From contig MU058139.1 in NCBI GenBank assembly GCA_013265495.1, positions 248,001-312,000 of the forward strand: a DNA stretch of 64,000 bases, read 5' to 3'. The translations under genes and the position numbers were made by a program. This stretch comes from Vicugna vicugna. Lineage: Eukaryota. Each line of letters starts with the position of its first letter. Position 1 is the stretch's first letter. Shown here piece after piece: positions 35,481 through 50,023 of the stretch. The notes below the pieces were generated by a model. The model was given only the letters and a program-made list of their open reading frames with translations, searched no databases and had not been told where the DNA came from.

Positions 35481-38400
35481 AGGTCAGTGGAAAGTTGTTA
35501 ATATTTTTTTAGCGGTGAAGAAGCCTTAATACTGGGAGAGCAGGATGCTGGTACCAAAAACAAAACAAAACAAAAACAAAAAACAGCTGAGTGTAAGACG
35601 TAAGTGGAGTAACTGATGAATTATGTGATTGGGGCAGAGACCTGAGGATGGGCCAGACTGGTCCTATAAATTTCATAGTTTCAGAGTGAGAAATTGGAGC
35701 ACGTGGCCAACCATAAGCTTTCTTTTCTGATTTGCAAATTTATTTATATGGAAAAATGCAGAAGTCGTATACGAGCTCAGTCGTTTTTGTTTGTAAACTT
35801 TGTAACTCACCTTTACAGAAGGATAAAGAAATGTGGAAAAAAAGGACTGTTCAGATAAGCTGGGGCAGGGATCTGCTGTGTGCGGTTGCCAAGTGGACCC
35901 AATTATGGGGATGGGAGGTCTGCAGAGGTTTGGAACAGGGCAGGCAGTGTACTGGGGAGGCTGGAAGTTGGCTCCAACTTATAGTTAGCTGTCCAGGGGT
36001 TCATGAAGGCAGGCATTGAGGCACCAGCCATCTATCTTTATAGCTAGATGGACACTGGATGTGAAATGTATTCTAAAGTCCAGTATCTTACATAATATCT
36101 CTGTGGCTTAAGTTCATACAGACCAGTCATTCATTTTGGAGACATTCACATTAATTTCTTGGTCCTGTTACTTAGACAGAGTCATTAGCAAAGAGAAAAA
36201 TATTCCACTGCCAATGATGCTGCCAGATAATGTTTGTGTTCATGGGATTTTAAATAGAGCTCAAGTGTATTATTCAATACCAAGGTGAATTATGCTTGGA
36301 TGGGACCAGCCACCAGGTTTTTAAAACTCCCGTAACTGTTTGGATTGTCAGAAATGGAAATATTCATTTCAACAGTCATTATGTTTATCATCATAAATGC
36401 CTGGATAACATAGAATGTTAGATTCATAGAGGAGAGATTAGAGATAATTCACTGTCATCTGCTTTTTGAAAAATTAGAAAATCATGGTGCAGACAGATCA
36501 GGCTCAAGACCGGGCAGAAATTAATAAGCAGGACCAGCACTAAAACGCAGGGAAACCTAAAGCAAGAACACGTGTTTTGGTAAAATAAATAAATAAGTAA
36601 ATAAAATAAAACAAACAAACAAACAAAGAAACCCACACTTCATTTATCAATATTGGGAAAAGTGTAAGGATTTCAAATATAAGGTGCAAAGTGTGTCTGC
36701 TCTGAAGTCGGGGGGTCTGGGTCCTGCATCCAGTCAATCTGGTGTCCACTCTGTACCGCACACTCCTAAGTGCTCGTTTCCAGGCACAGCACCACCACTC
36801 ACTCTCTCTACGGCCTGAGGGCCTTAGTTGGCTCCTGTGTAAGTCTTAGTTTGCCTGGGGAACCCACACAGGAAGGGGAGATCTGGGTGAGAGGGTCCAG
36901 CTCGGTGCTGTGTGTGTGGGTAGGAAGACGGGGGGAGCTGGAGAAACACGCTAAGGGTCAGGTGATGTCAGCAGTGGGTTCCTTCTGGAGGCCACAGTTT
37001 GACTCCCCAGCGCTAAGCTTTGCTCATCCCCCAGGGCACAAGTCTATCGGGAGTGGGGAAGGCATCATATCCACTCTCCACTTGCTGTACAAAATCTGGT
37101 CTTGTGGTCGGTCTTCTCCCCAGTGGCCCCAAGTGGAGGTAGTGTAAGCCCAAGGGAAACCCAAGCCATCGTCACTTGGCTTTGTGGAACTAAAGGCCAA
37201 ATTTTGAGCCAGTAGAAGAAACAAATGCAAATTTTACAACAAAGCAGTCATAGCCAGCCTCTGTCCCATTTCATGAAGCCCATAGGAGCCGTCTTTGTAC
37301 GCCGACGGCGTCAGTCTGTATGAGGCATAAATTAGAAATAGATGCGTGGCTGAATGCAGGAACACGTGAATTTTTGTGGCCTCTGCTCCTACAGTGATCG
37401 ACGCTTCAGTGGAAAATTGCAGGCGACACTTTTGGGAACATGTTGAGCGCAGCTGGCACAATTATTGACATACGATCCCACTGTTTTGAGCCCCACTTAG
37501 ATAACATCGCAGAAGTATGTTTTCTAGAATTTCATGCTGCTATAATGAAAAAAAGAAAGAACCTGGATTTTCTTTCTTTTTTTTTTAATTGAAGTATGGT
37601 CAGTTTACAATGTTGTGTCAATTTCTGGTGTACCTGGATTTTTTTTTTTTACTTCTGTTGAAGTGGGGATGGCATCACGGGGAGGAAACTAATCAGAAAG
37701 CTCAGCTTCCACTCAGGTTTCAACTACTTTGGTAATGTGTTTACACTCCCTGCCCACTCTCTTTTGAGTGGCTGGCGTGATTGACCTTTGGCTCTCCTGA
37801 ATGGCACATTGTGAGTATTTCTTGCTAAGGCAGCAGTGGGACCCACCGGCTAGGCAGGACTCCCGTATGGTCAGCATGAAAATGACTCCATTATGTTTCC
37901 TTTCACGAAGGCTGAGTATTACCGTGAACTGCGACTGACAGCTTAATTGCTTAATGAGAGGTACTCTTCTAAGTCTTAAATTCATGCAGCTCTGCAAGCT
38001 CTTAATGATCTCTGAGAAACGTGGGTTACAGCTCAGTATGAGAGCGGGAAGAGAGAAGTCAGACCAGGAGCACGACGGGTCCCGGGAGACTCCAACCTCT
38101 GATTTCAGCATCCTCTTTGCTCAGCACAATGGAATGTCCGCCTTGTGAGAATCAGTAAGAAGCAGATAAAAGCAAACAGACCACAGTCCAGACCCAGCCT
38201 CTCACATGGAGAAAATATACATGCGGACTCCAGACCCTAGTGCAAAAAAAAAAAAAGGAGCACATGATGAGTAATGGTTTTCTTTCAGAAGCTTTTTGTG
38301 CTGATCTAGGAGAAAGAAAGCAAAGCATTGGATTTGAACTGAAGAAAACCAGATTCCCCCCACCCCACCCCACCCCAAAGCTGCAGGGTCTGTTGCTGTT

Positions 38401-38739
38401 CATGTTGTTTGACAGTAAGGCACAGGGTGGGACGGGGCAAGTGTGGAACACAGGATCCATCTCTTGTTTTATTTTTTAAAGATTCTACCCATGATGTGTT
38501 TCCTTTTAAAACATCGATCATTTCCAAAACCAGGCACAAAGACGCAGGAATAACAGAACTCAGTTCAAAGAGACAATTCTTAAACAGTTCTTCGTAAAAT
38601 ATTTATTATTTTACAAATAAATCCATGACAGAAATCAACCTCTCTCTGTCTCTTTCTCGTTTTTCCCTCTCTCCTTAACTTCTAACCACAGAAAGTTTAG
38701 TTTCCATTTGATACTTGAGGTTGATCTCTGAAACTCTTT

Positions 38740-39268
38740 TTTCTTTTAACAACTTTATTGTGGTTATACTTTCTGTACAGTAAACTACACATATTTCAGG
38801 TGTACAATTTAATGAATTTTGATAGATGTATATACACCTATGAAACCATCAAGATGCCTAACATTTCGTCACTCCCCAAGAGGTGCAGATTTTGAACTCC
38901 CAGTTTATCCCTTCCCACCCCCTTCCCTCACTGATAACCCTAAGTCTGTTCTCTATGTCTGTGAGTCTGTTTCTCTTTTGTAAATAAGTTCATTGGAGAC
39001 TTTTTTAAAGATTCCACATATAAACAATATCATACGGTATTTTTCTTTCTCTGTCTGGCTTATTTCACTTAGCATGATGATCTCTGTGTCTATCCATGTT
39101 GCTGCAAATGGCATTATGTTATTCTTTTTTATGGCTGAGTAGTATTCCATCACACGCACACCCACACCCACCCACCCACACACACACACACACACCCCCC
39201 CGTCTTCTTTATCCAGTCATCTGTTGATGGACATATAGGTTATTTTCAATGTCTTGGCTATTGTAAAT
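38740..39268 (-). mobile_element. L1 3' fragments with an internal (CA)n/(CACC)n tract
   Basis: The minus ORF 38953-39195 (MEYYSAIKKNNIMPFAATW...IMLSEISQTEKEKY) is the L1 ORF2 C-terminus/3'-UTR signature. Confidence 0.9.
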
Positions 39269-42200
39269 CTCTTTTAATCTCTTTTAAATGATTTATTTTG
39301 CTTGCTTTGGGTAACCTTCTTGGCGGTTTGCCTTCCCGTGCCAACTTAGTTACCAAAAGCTGTGCTGAGACTTTTCATCCCCAAAGCAAAGAATAACTGA
39401 ATTGAAGCCACTGTTCTTAATCTGTGGGCACAAGCTTGGTTTTGTTTTGTTTGTCTTTCAGCTCCGAATCTCTTTAAATGCTTGTTTATTTGTGAAAATT
39501 AAACAAGCTTCTTGGATTTCTTTTCATACCAACATTTCCAGGAATCTTTGAGTCCCAGCTTGCAGCAACTGCAAATGATCAGAGTTTACTGTCTCCTGTA
39601 AAATTTGAAGGTGGAGTGCCACCACGCAGAACAAAGAAATAGGAGTGACAGAGTCCTGACACTGGATGTGTGCTGTGAACTGAATTTGGTGTTTCATTTC
39701 AGACGAGTGCAGCTAGAAACTATCACTGACTGAGGAAACCGATGCTTCCTCCCCTCACACCCCCAAGAAAAGCTGCTCTAATGAGCAATATCTCCACTTC
39801 CTTCCTTACCTACATTTATGACTTTAACAGCTTGGATGATTTCCTAACGGATTCCCCTCCCGATCACTTAGTATTTCCTGTATCTTGGAGCAATTCCCAC
39901 CCCCCAAATGGGAATTGCATTAGCAGCTGTGCACCGTATATACATGTAAATGCATTTCACGGACTGTCATCCTCAGTATCGACTTTTCACCCTGATGTAA
40001 ATGATTTCTTCTGTACCCTGAGATCTTATCTTCCACCACGTGTTTTTACCCTGATAACCTTACAGGCAATCCAAGCAGTAGACGTGTGTCGAGAGAATGA
40101 ATTTAAAATGAAGTCCAGGGTAAAGACCAGGTTGAAAGTCAGTTAGGCCACAGGCAAGATGACAAAAGAGGCCACGCCGGTCCAACGAGGTTGTGGTTAG
40201 ACCAGGAAAGTGCACGGGCTGGATTTATGTCTGAATCCAAGAGTAGACCTGAGCATAGGGAGCAGGGATTTCAGCGTTAGGTACACTGTGCCCTTTGTTA
40301 CAGTGTTATAGTCTGCTAAGTTAGCCACGCTGGGAATCCCGTGCATGTTCGGTGGGATGGAATGTGTGACAGGTGCCAACCACTCTGAAATCCACCCAGG
40401 CAGACAGACAGGACACTGGCTTCACACTACTCAGTGTGTGACTGTGAGCAAGTTACTTACATTTTCTGAGCCTCAGTTTTACCAACTGTGAAATGGACTT
40501 GCAAGAAAGATTGAATTTTTAAAAATGACTTAAAGCATTCATCACACTATCTGGCAAAGATCAGTGTTAGCTACTCCTGGTTTTTCTGTTAATACCACTA
40601 CTGCTTCTGTTACTATTGGTACCATGTTAAAGGTCTCAACTTATCTTTTTAAAATTTATGACCCTTAGGTAACTATCATGATGAGTTCATGAAAAGACTC
40701 ATTTTTATCTTAATTTTTTTAATCTTAAAATATAAAAATTTTCACACATTTTTCTATATATCATCTCAGTGAATTTTTTCACTTCATAAGTGTGTTATTT
40801 CGATACCTTCTAGAAGACTCACAAATGAGTTAAGAAGGAAAAAGGTGACAGTGCAGAAAAGAAAAAGAAAAGCGTATGTTCATACTTTGTCTGCATGGAA
40901 ACCTTAACTCTGAAGTTAAGGTGAAGCATTGGCTTACTCAGGGGAATGCAAACCGTGCTGTGGTTTTGAATGGAAACGGATTCTTCTGACTCCAGTTTAT
41001 ACTAACGTTAACTCACACGTTTAGTTGGTTTATTTTTTCCCTGAGCAAGAGGAAACTTAGTAGGACAAGAAGATAAAAGATGCAGTAGAAATATTTTCCC
41101 ACCTCCAACTCTCCCACAATCTGAGGGAATATATTCCAGGTTCTAGAAACGATCATACAAACATTACTGAGGAAGCGAATGTTCATTTCCCCCATTCCAT
41201 CATGTGCTTCGCCCTGGGAGGGATGATCGTTTCAGGGAGGGGATCACGGGTCACTCCATCCGCCAGGGCTTTGGTCGTAGGGGAGGGGCTGTGGGCTACG
41301 TGCTGTCCCTGTATCTGGCACTGTTCTTTGGTTCTTAATCAAAGCATCAGTGATTGCTTGTCTTTATTTAGGACGATTTTAAAATTGATCGGCATACCCT
41401 GCCTTGGTTTCATGTTGGATTTTACATTTTAGAAAGCACACTGCACAGTGGTAATTGTTGGGAGGCTGTCTTAAAGGGGGACACAGAATTAAGCAGGAGA
41501 AAGTTCAGGCTGCTGTAGTGATGTAGGCAAGACGTGAAGGGGTCCCTAGAGTTTGAGAGATTTAAACTTAAAGTGTTTTAAACGTTTAAGTGAACTAAAA
41601 TAGTTTGGCACTTGGGTACATGGTTCTGGCATTTACTGAGGCAAGAAAAGAAGGTGCAGGAGGCATTAGGGGGAGGAATGGGAGAGGACCCACTTTGAGA
41701 CCTTGACTTCCCGGGTTGATGAGACATGCCAGCAGGGATTCTGGAATGCGGTCGGATATGCGAGCCTGGAGACAGGTCTGGACTACAGTTGTAGATACTG
41801 GCCAACGAACAAACGTCTTGGAGATCTTCAAACAGAAGCCGTATCCAGTGAACTTGATACATTCCCATCAGGCAGCAGAAGGCTAGATTAAATGGCATTA
41901 TAAAATCCACCCATATGGTTTAGAAACTGCAGCACTGGTATCTGACTAGCATGGTTTCACATCTCTGTAGGGATCTGAACACTTAAACATTTTAAATATG
42001 TATGCTATTTCACATGTTCCTCATACTAAATTTCTGAAATCCGGAAAAGAAGAAAAATAAGGAATTGATGCCACCCATAATATTGCCATACAGAGACAAA
42101 CTATATGAACATGCTCATGGCTTATCTCCTACAGAAACACACACACGCAAAGACAGACATACACACTTATACACAGGCAGATAGTTAAGGTAATACCGCA

Positions 42201-42394
42201 CATCATTTTGTATCCTGCCCTTTTCACTAAGCATTATTTAATACACTCCTTAAAAATAATTTCTTTGTCCCTATATTCAGCTATGGGAACACTAAAATTA
42301 ATATTAGCTTATCACTGACCACTTAGATTATTTCTATTTTTTCTTATTATAATAATACTGTGAAGAGCATTATTTCCTTTATATAGATTGTCTT

Positions 42395-42860
42395 CTTTTT
42401 TTAAAAACTTTTTCTGTTGAGTAATAATCATTTTACAATGTTGTGTCAATTTCCAGTGTAGAGCACAATTTTTCAGTTATACATGAACATACATATATTC
42501 ATTGCCACATTCTTTTTCACCGTGAGCTACCACAAGATCTTGTATACATTTCCCTGTGCTATACAGTATAATCTTGTTTATCTGTTCTGCATGAGCCTGT
42601 CAGTATCTACAAATTTCAAACTCCCAGTCTGTCCCTTCCCACCTCTCTCCCCTTTGGCAACCACAAGTTTGGATTCTATGTCTATGAGTCTGTTTCTGTT
42701 TTGTATTTATGTTTTGTTTGTTTTTTTAGATTCCACATATGAGCGATCTCATATGGTATTTTTCTTTCTTTCTGGCTTACTTCACTTAGAATGACATTCT
42801 CCAGGAGCATCCATGTTGCTGGAAATGGTGTTATGTTGTTGTTTTTTATGGCTGAACAGT
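42395..42860 (-). mobile_element. Younger lineage-specific L1 3' end
   Basis: Near-identical to 59081-59475 (gtgagctaccacaagatcttgtata...ccctgtgctatacagtataa). Confidence 0.9.
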
Positions 42861-43024
42861 AGATTGTCTTTTCTTCAGTGAAAAGTCTATTATATTTTAA
42901 GTATGTAGGAAAGTATCAACTACATAATGCGTGTAAAGTGTATCAGAAAAAAAAATCCTACCTGTTAAATCTCAGTATTTTACCATATTTACTCCAAGTT
43001 CTTTTTTTTTTCCCCCCAAAAGAA

Positions 43025-43379
43025 ATAAAAAGGGGAGGGGGTGTGGTTGGTTGTTGCAAACTTCTTGGTGTAGGGATTCTTTATTCTTGGAATCCTTTGT
43101 TCTTGAGGCTGTGGGTCGGTCATGGTGCCCCTGTAAAACCTCTAACAAAACAAATGTTATTTTCTATTCTGCAACTTGTTATCTTTATATAAGGGCAAAA
43201 ATGTTAATTTCCTTAAAGGTCAGCGCCTTGAGAATAGGCTCTCCTGTGTATTTCAGGCTCTAGGCAACATTCTTTTACAAAAGGTGCAGAGCTAGCAAGA
43301 CTGAGCCGAGGAAACGGTGCAGGGTTGAAGCCAAAGGAACAGGTTTAATATGGAGTCAAGTTTGTTCTTTTTTATTACA
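43025..43379 (-). mobile_element. ERV1 LTR, partial; same family as 50024-50563
   Basis: Colinear with 50205-50563 (cttggaatcctttgttcttg...attctgcaacttgttatcttt...gagaataggctctcctgt...tattaca). Confidence 0.85.
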
Positions 43380-43609
43380 TAACATATTCTTCCATTCACT
43401 CCTTTCATCCAACAGTCTGTTTTGAGCACTTGTCTACACTGCATGCATTCAGATCTAATGCATTCTTTTTGCCCCCATATAAGATTCCACCTTATGAATG
43501 CACCATGAGTCACGTACCCATTCTACTGTTAATGTGCATTTAAATTGCTTCCTCTGCTGTGCTCTTGCATCCCTTATAGGAATGAACATTCTTGTACACA
43601 TTCCTTTAA

Positions 43610-44125
43610 ATTTTTTTTTATTGAAGTATAGTTGATTTACAATATTATGTTAGTTTCTGGTGTACAGAGTAGTAATTCAGTTATATACATATATATGTAT
43701 TCCTTTTCATATTCTTTTTCATTATAGGTTATTACAAGATGTTGAATATAGTTCCCTGTGCTATACAGTAGGACCTTGGTGTTTATCTATTTTATATATA
43801 GTAGCATGTATCTGCTAATCCCAAACTTCTAATTTAGCCCTCCCCTCACCTTTCCCCTTTGATAGCTATTGTTTGTTTTCCACGTCCATGAGTTTCTATT
43901 TTATAAATAAGTTCATTTGTATCATTTTTAGATTCCACATATAAGTGATATCCTATGGTATTTGTCTTTCTCTGTCTGACTGACTTGACTTAGTATGATA
44001 ACCTCTAGATTCAATCATGTTGCTGCAAATAGCATTATTTCATTCTTTTTTAAGGCTGAGTAGTATTCCACTGTGTATGTATACCACATCTTCTTTACTC
44101 ACTCATCTGTCGATGGACATTTAGA
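43610..44125 (-). mobile_element. L1 3' fragment
   Basis: ttgaagtatagttgatttacaatatt...gattccacatataagtgatatc...catctgtcgatggacatttag. Confidence 0.9.
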
Positions 44126-45039
44126 CTCCACTTTGTGAGTATTTTTGAAGCTGTGTTGTGGAGCGGGGTATATGTTGTCAGGAAGACATTTGGAGAGGAA
44201 CATAGAGCTGTTTAAAAAATCACTGCTCTTTTTGAACTAGACTGGCTATCTTGCCATCCCCACCTCAACCTGATATGTCAGTGGATCCTATAAATTCTTG
44301 AACAAGTTGTGATAGCCTGACTGCCCATGGAAATAAGGAAGAAACAAAAAAAGAAAACAACAGAATTTCCCATAAGGGTAACATGTTCAGTGAGTACATG
44401 TCTCATGCCAGGCACTTCATATCACCTTGGTGACTCCTGACTCCAACCCAGCCAGCCATGTCTCAAAAATGAGAGACAGGTGCCACACCATCTACATTTA
44501 CCCCCTTAGCACCCACAACTCAACCTGCTCCACAACTTCCCCATCATTACACCCAAGCAAGACCTCCAGTGACTTCCAAGTCACTAAGTTCCATGAATAA
44601 TTGTTGGTCCCTTCAGGAGAGTTTGACACAGTTGATCGCTCCAGGTGAGGAAGGGTACACTCAGAGGTCTAGGAAACCCATCATCCCCCTTAATAGTTTC
44701 AGGGGCTCTTGAGTGGAGATGTGAGGAGGCAGAGGTGTGGTGGTCACCCCCATGTACCTTTCTTGTTAACATCTCAAGGCCTCTGTCACTTGCTGCTTAC
44801 GGCTCTTCCCTTCCTCTCTGCCCCTTGTTAAGAGAACGTTGGAAAGTAGGCCTCTTTATTTCTCCAAAGTCCCAAACACAGGAGGCTCTTTTGTGCAGCA
44901 GATTCTGGCTAGATATTTCAGTCACTGGCAGGTGATGTCTGCAAAGGGCAGTGTAGCAGTTGATAACATGTGATATGAGACATTCTTGCCCTAAAAAATC
45001 CAATGTTCATTCCTTCCTCAATCCCTCATTTCATGCCCC

Positions 45040-45500
45040 CTATATTGGTTCTCTGTTGCTGCAGAAAAAATTGTCCCCAAACTTCAGGACTCAAAACAGT
45101 GACAGGTTTAGTTTCCGTGGGGCGGGAGCCCGGGTGTGGCTCACCTGCTGGGCCTTATCTCACCTGGCTGTTGGCAGATTCAGTTCTTTGCAGCCTGTTG
45201 GCTTGAGGCCTCCCTCAGCTCCGTGGCACACCGGCCTCTCCGTGGAGGAGCCCACAACATAGCAGGCTGCTTCATCAGAGCCGGCAGTACAGAGCGAGAG
45301 AGGCAGGGCCAGCTAGAAAGGGTGCTAGCAGATGGAAGAGTCCATGCATCACAGCCTAATCATGGCCGTGACATCCCATCCCTTGGACCTTATTCTGTTT
45401 GTTAGAAACAAGTGATTAGGTCCATCCCACACTCCAGGGAAGGAAATGGCACAAAGGCATGAATCACTGGGAGCCGAGTCAGAGGTTGCCTACCACCCCC
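45040..45500 (-). mobile_element. Old MaLR (MLT1-type) LTR
   Basis: ctgttggcagattcagttctttgcagcctgttggcttgaggcctc...gttagaaacaagtgattaggtccatcccacactccaggga. Confidence 0.6.
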
Positions 45501-48500
45501 AACCCCTGCCTCCCAACTGGGTAATTTCCATGGGTTATGTCTCTATTTGCAGGCTCCTGCCTCACCCATATTGCTGGGTGAACCTCCACCTTGGACCTCT
45601 TTTTGTCTTTGCCTCCATGACTTTCTAGTTCCCTCCCTCCAATGTTTTATTCATTTCTTAATCAGCAATTTAGCTGTCTCTCAGTCTCCTTTAACAGCAG
45701 AGGCTAATATCTATTACGTATGTAGTATGTGCCAGAAATGATCCTAAATACTTGATGTCTTTTAACTCATTTAATCTGATGAACAATATGAGCTATATCC
45801 TCACAGTAATTCCATTTTACAGATTAGGAAGGCAAAGGACAGAAGGAGAGAGACTTGTTCACGGTAACACACCACAACATCTCTCCAACCACAGTCAGTC
45901 AATTTCCAGGAGGCTGTGAAGAGGTTTTGCTAAATGAACACCTTCTCCTTCTTCTCTGTAAAAGGAATTCTGCCACCTGCTTTTAAATAATGCATGCTGT
46001 TAAATAATCCATATTTCCATCATCAGTATGTGTATGGAAAGGTGAAAGTTTCCCTCTGCTTGGCTCCTTTATCTTCTCAAATTACCAGTCATTGGACTCT
46101 GACCATAGGCTCTATAAATATTTTCAGGAATCGATGCTGGTCTCTCATTTGAATGGTTTTTCTCCTCATCACTTTGTGCTGAAGTTGACATATGTCAACT
46201 TTGAAAAAGGGTTGACATTTGCTCAAGTCTCCTTAACATTCTAAAGTGTCAGGCATTAAAATTCATAAATGTTTGGCTCAGTTCTAACTTCCGGCTACAG
46301 CTCAGGGTGTAGAGGGTCCCTGATAGCACCATAATGTCACGTGTTCTGGATACTCTGGGATGTGGGGAGGGCTCTGATGTCCTCCATCTGTCTTCTGCCA
46401 TCTTCGTTCTCTCACGTTCTGGTGAACACCCAGGACATCCAGAGAGAAGGCACCTGGGTGCTGTGTGTGTGGCATGGCCCCTGTCCTTGACTAGCCTCCT
46501 CCCCTGCCCTTTGGGCCCAGAAAACAGCCCATTTGACCTCTTCCCCAATGTAAATAACCTTTTTCCCACTGTAAATAGCCTTTTCCCCACTCTCATGCCT
46601 GCTCTGCATTTATACACCCCAATCCATGGGAGAAAGAACAGCTTTTCTTCTTAACTCTGGGTTTTCCTCAGCCTTAGTCCTCTGTTCTCAGAGGCCCATG
46701 TGCTCTTATGTATGTTATTTACTTATTCATACAGCAGACATTTATTGTCTGTTATGTGCCTGGTTCTATTCTTTCAAAAACCCTCCTATTTTTGTGTGAC
46801 AAAGATAAGTTTAGGTATTTTGAATGTATGTGTTGGTGTCTGGAAATCTGACAAAACTCTGGATACTTTGCAAAGACACTGATTAACTTTTTCGTAGAAA
46901 TGAGATCATCATTTAACCAGATCTGCCTCTGTGTTTAGAGCCCCTGTAGTTGGAACTCCCAGGGATGGTGGCTACTTTCGTCTTTTGTAGATTGAATTGC
47001 AAAAATTTATTTTACTAGTGTTATCTAGAAATGAGTTCATCGCGATGTACAGGTTTTGTTGCTTTGTGTATTTCTGTGACTTTTACCACCTAAGCAACAG
47101 ATCAGAAAGTCAATTCCCAGGCCTAGGAAACTCTTGGCAGCAGACTTAAATAAGACATAAGTTATATGAAGATGTTGTATGTGTAGCCAGTAATGATATA
47201 ATTTGCTAGCTCGGCCTTGGGAACTAAATGAAAGTAAAGGAAATATGTATTGATAATTTTTTATGAATTTAGAATTTTAAAAATAGTAAGTTTTCTTGTA
47301 TTTTCTTCCCTGCAGTTTTTAAAAATAATTGTATAAATTAAAGCTTATGAGTGTTAGGAACACTCTCAAATAAAAGAATTGTTGTTCCAAACTGTTAAAA
47401 AAAAAAAAAAAGACCCCAGTGGTCTCCTTGATAACCTGAGGTCTTATATCTTCCTAATTACCACTTTATGAAAGTATAACTTAATGACCATCACACACAT
47501 TTTAAAGAGAAGTAACATGACATAGTGTAGCATTTGGAGAGAGAAGAATCAAGTTCCTGGCTATGTCACTCACTAGCTGTATGATCTTGGATCAAAGTTT
47601 CCACTGTCACCACCTTCCATTGGATGAGACGGTAGTGATGAGATGGTAGTTTAATAGCACACTTGTGAGGTCTCACTTTCTTCACTAAAAAAAAAAAGTC
47701 ACATGGTGTTGAGGACTAGTTTAGGGTATCAGCGTTGGTGCTTACAAAATTACAACATGCTAATCAAACTTGGGGTGCCATTGGTATATAATTTTGATTT
47801 AGGGACATTTGGGAACCTACTTTGGATCACTTCCTTGTGAAGCAATGCCCAAGCCATATGCACTTCAGCCACAGTCCTGTAATTCCAGGCTCTCTGGGGT
47901 GGGAGGGGCTGGGAAGCAGGCAGTCCTTCTGGAAGACGTGTTCTTTCAAAGAGCCTCTAGGGGAATGGCTCATTCACGGGACTGTCAGAAGGTTCTAGCC
48001 TCAACTTTCTACCTTACTTATTTTGCCGTAAGAAGAGTACAGCCATTGAGAGAAAAAAAGACAGCTTAGAAAGGGAAGGTACACTATCTACTTACTCGCT
48101 AGACCTCTGAATTTGGAGAGAAATAAAGGGAACCAGAAGAGGCTTGCCTTTGTGGGTTCGTGGACTTGTAAATTTCCTCTGAATCTGTGTGTGTTGTTGT
48201 TGGTGGTGTTTTTTGTGGGTTTGTTTGGGGAAGTCTATAAACCTCATAGAACCCAAGTTCCACTAAAGTTTAGGAAATGCTGTTTCAGACAAACAAATCA
48301 CCTTGAGAGAAACAAGAAGTCTTATATAAGTAGTTTTGACCAAGAGTCCATTGGTATATTCTGTAGACCCCTGTGATGTTCTAAGAAGGTATTCTTGAAA
48401 GCAAGCTAGTATTAATATAAAATTACTGAAATCCTAGGTTGTTGTTAAGTTTAAACTTAAGAAAGTTTAAAAGCAAGTACAGAGATAAATAAGTCCTGGA

Positions 48501-48745
48501 TTAAACCAATGGTGGTAATATTTGAGAGCAGGTTGAAGTGTGAACATAGTAAGAGGTTTTGTGATGATCATTCGTATACTCTTTTGGCTCCGATTTAAGG
48601 TGTTCAAAAAAGCAGTCTAGGTTGGAAACTATATTTTGAATTGGTTAAGAATATACAAGTTAGTTTTTAAATCAATCTTTAAATGTTGAATAAAATCAAT
48701 TTTAATGTTTTATTGGATAGGTAGATTTAAAATTAGAACATTGTT

Positions 48746-48871
48746 GGGGAGGGTATTGCTCAAGTGGTGGAGTGCATGCTCCGCATGTGTGAGGTCCTGG
48801 GTTCAATCCCCAGTACCTCCATTAAAAAAGTAATCCAATAAATAAACCTAATTACTCCCCCTCCAAAAAAA
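48746..48871 (+). mobile_element. tRNA-derived SINE (camelid type) with a target-site duplication
   Basis: ggggagggtattgctcaagtgg (A box)...gggttcaatcccc (B box)...aataaacctaattactccccc-A tail; flanked by taaaattagaacatt (48728-48742) and taaaattagaacgtt (48877-48891). Confidence 0.9.
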
Positions 48872-49299
48872 CTAGATAAAATTAGAACGTTAAATGATGC
48901 AAAGAAAAAGAAAAAAGAAAAGAAATGAGGCTCCAGAACCACATTTATTTAAAATTCATCATTGTAAAAGCTTTCATTAAAAAGTTAAAAATCCTCTTGC
49001 TGTTTGATTCATGTGCTTATATATATTACACTGAGAATAGCCTCCCCATCATACTTCTGTGCTAAAGAGAACACTGAGTATCATCTTCACTAGGTATTCT
49101 AGAGTCATCTGTGTGTACCTTCCTTGTATTAAATCCCTGAACTTTCTATTTTTCCCCAAGACGTTCTTATGAGATATAAATGGAAGTTTATTTTGCATGA
49201 AAGTCATATTTTAACTTCATACCTTTAATCCCACCCTAGTGGTTGGTGAGTTTAATTGATATCTTGCACTAGATGCAATGAAAGGTTTAAATCTCGATT

Positions 49300-49497
49300 C
49301 TAGAATCTAGCTGTCTGGCTCAACATGTCCTGCTCCCTCTTAGGAACTGTGTGACTTGGTCATGTCGTTGAGGTCTCTGTGCATCAGTGGGCCTCTTCTT
49401 GAAAATGGAGGGAATCTTGGGAGGAGTAAATGGGATCGTATATGTGAAATGCTGAATCCTGTTTCTAGCACATAGTAAGCAGTTAATGAATGGTTGC

Positions 49498-49533
<36 letters not shown>
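49300..49533 (-). mobile_element. MIR SINE ending in a (TAT)n microsatellite (49498-49533)
   Basis: ctgtgtgacttggtcatg...ctctgtgcatcagt...gaaaatggag...tagcacatagtaagcagttaatgaatg followed by (TAT)12. Confidence 0.7.
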
Positions 49534-50023
49534 CCAAAGGAAAGAACTCATTTCCCCCCAGTTTGCATGTAAAAGCACTAAAAAACTCACAAGGAAATGA
49601 GCAAAATTTCAGTTTCGCCAACCAGTGCAGCAGTTTTGTATGTCTGTAATATAAACTATTCCATTGGCATCTATAGGTCAGCTAAGTCCTAGTACAGAAC
49701 AGGACAGACCAGAGCCTGAGATATATATATATCTATAATATATATATATATATATAATTTTTAATAATGACATAATTTTCTAAATCAGGTTCACATCATT
49801 ATATCATTTGAAAGAATTCTACCATTTCTCTTCCTCTTAACCATGACTCTATGAAGAGCAAGAAGTTGCAGCAAATGTTGGGTTTCTGAAAGTCAGTGAT
49901 AACTCATTTTTTCTTATCTATTTGCTCCTATACTCATTCTTGCATCAAATATTTTAACATATGCTGTGCATATGCCCATGATGTAACAGCACTGGAGTGA
50001 GGGGAGGGAAAGAGTGATGAAAG

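Noticed and set aside
42483..42794. Similar hydrophobic ORFs at 42483, 53511 and 59124 that look like a small gene family
   Set aside because: All are antisense translations of the same L1 3'-UTR.
46182..46201. Perfect 20-bp palindrome aagttgacatatgtcaactt; also a 9-bp stem with a GAAA loop at 23712-23733
   Set aside because: Isolated short inverted repeats with no supporting context; bacterial terminator or operator readings do not apply to a mammalian intron.
46541..46590. 21-bp tandem repeats (here and at 15332-15373)
   Set aside because: Ordinary two-copy slippage duplications; there are no spacer-separated repeats, so nothing CRISPR-like.
48746..48820. tRNA-like sequence with A and B boxes
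   Set aside because: It is the head of a SINE (tail, TSD, second diverged copy), not a tRNA gene.
49340..49621. ORF with a poly-Asn run
   Set aside because: It is the translation of a (TAT)n microsatellite plus MIR sequence.
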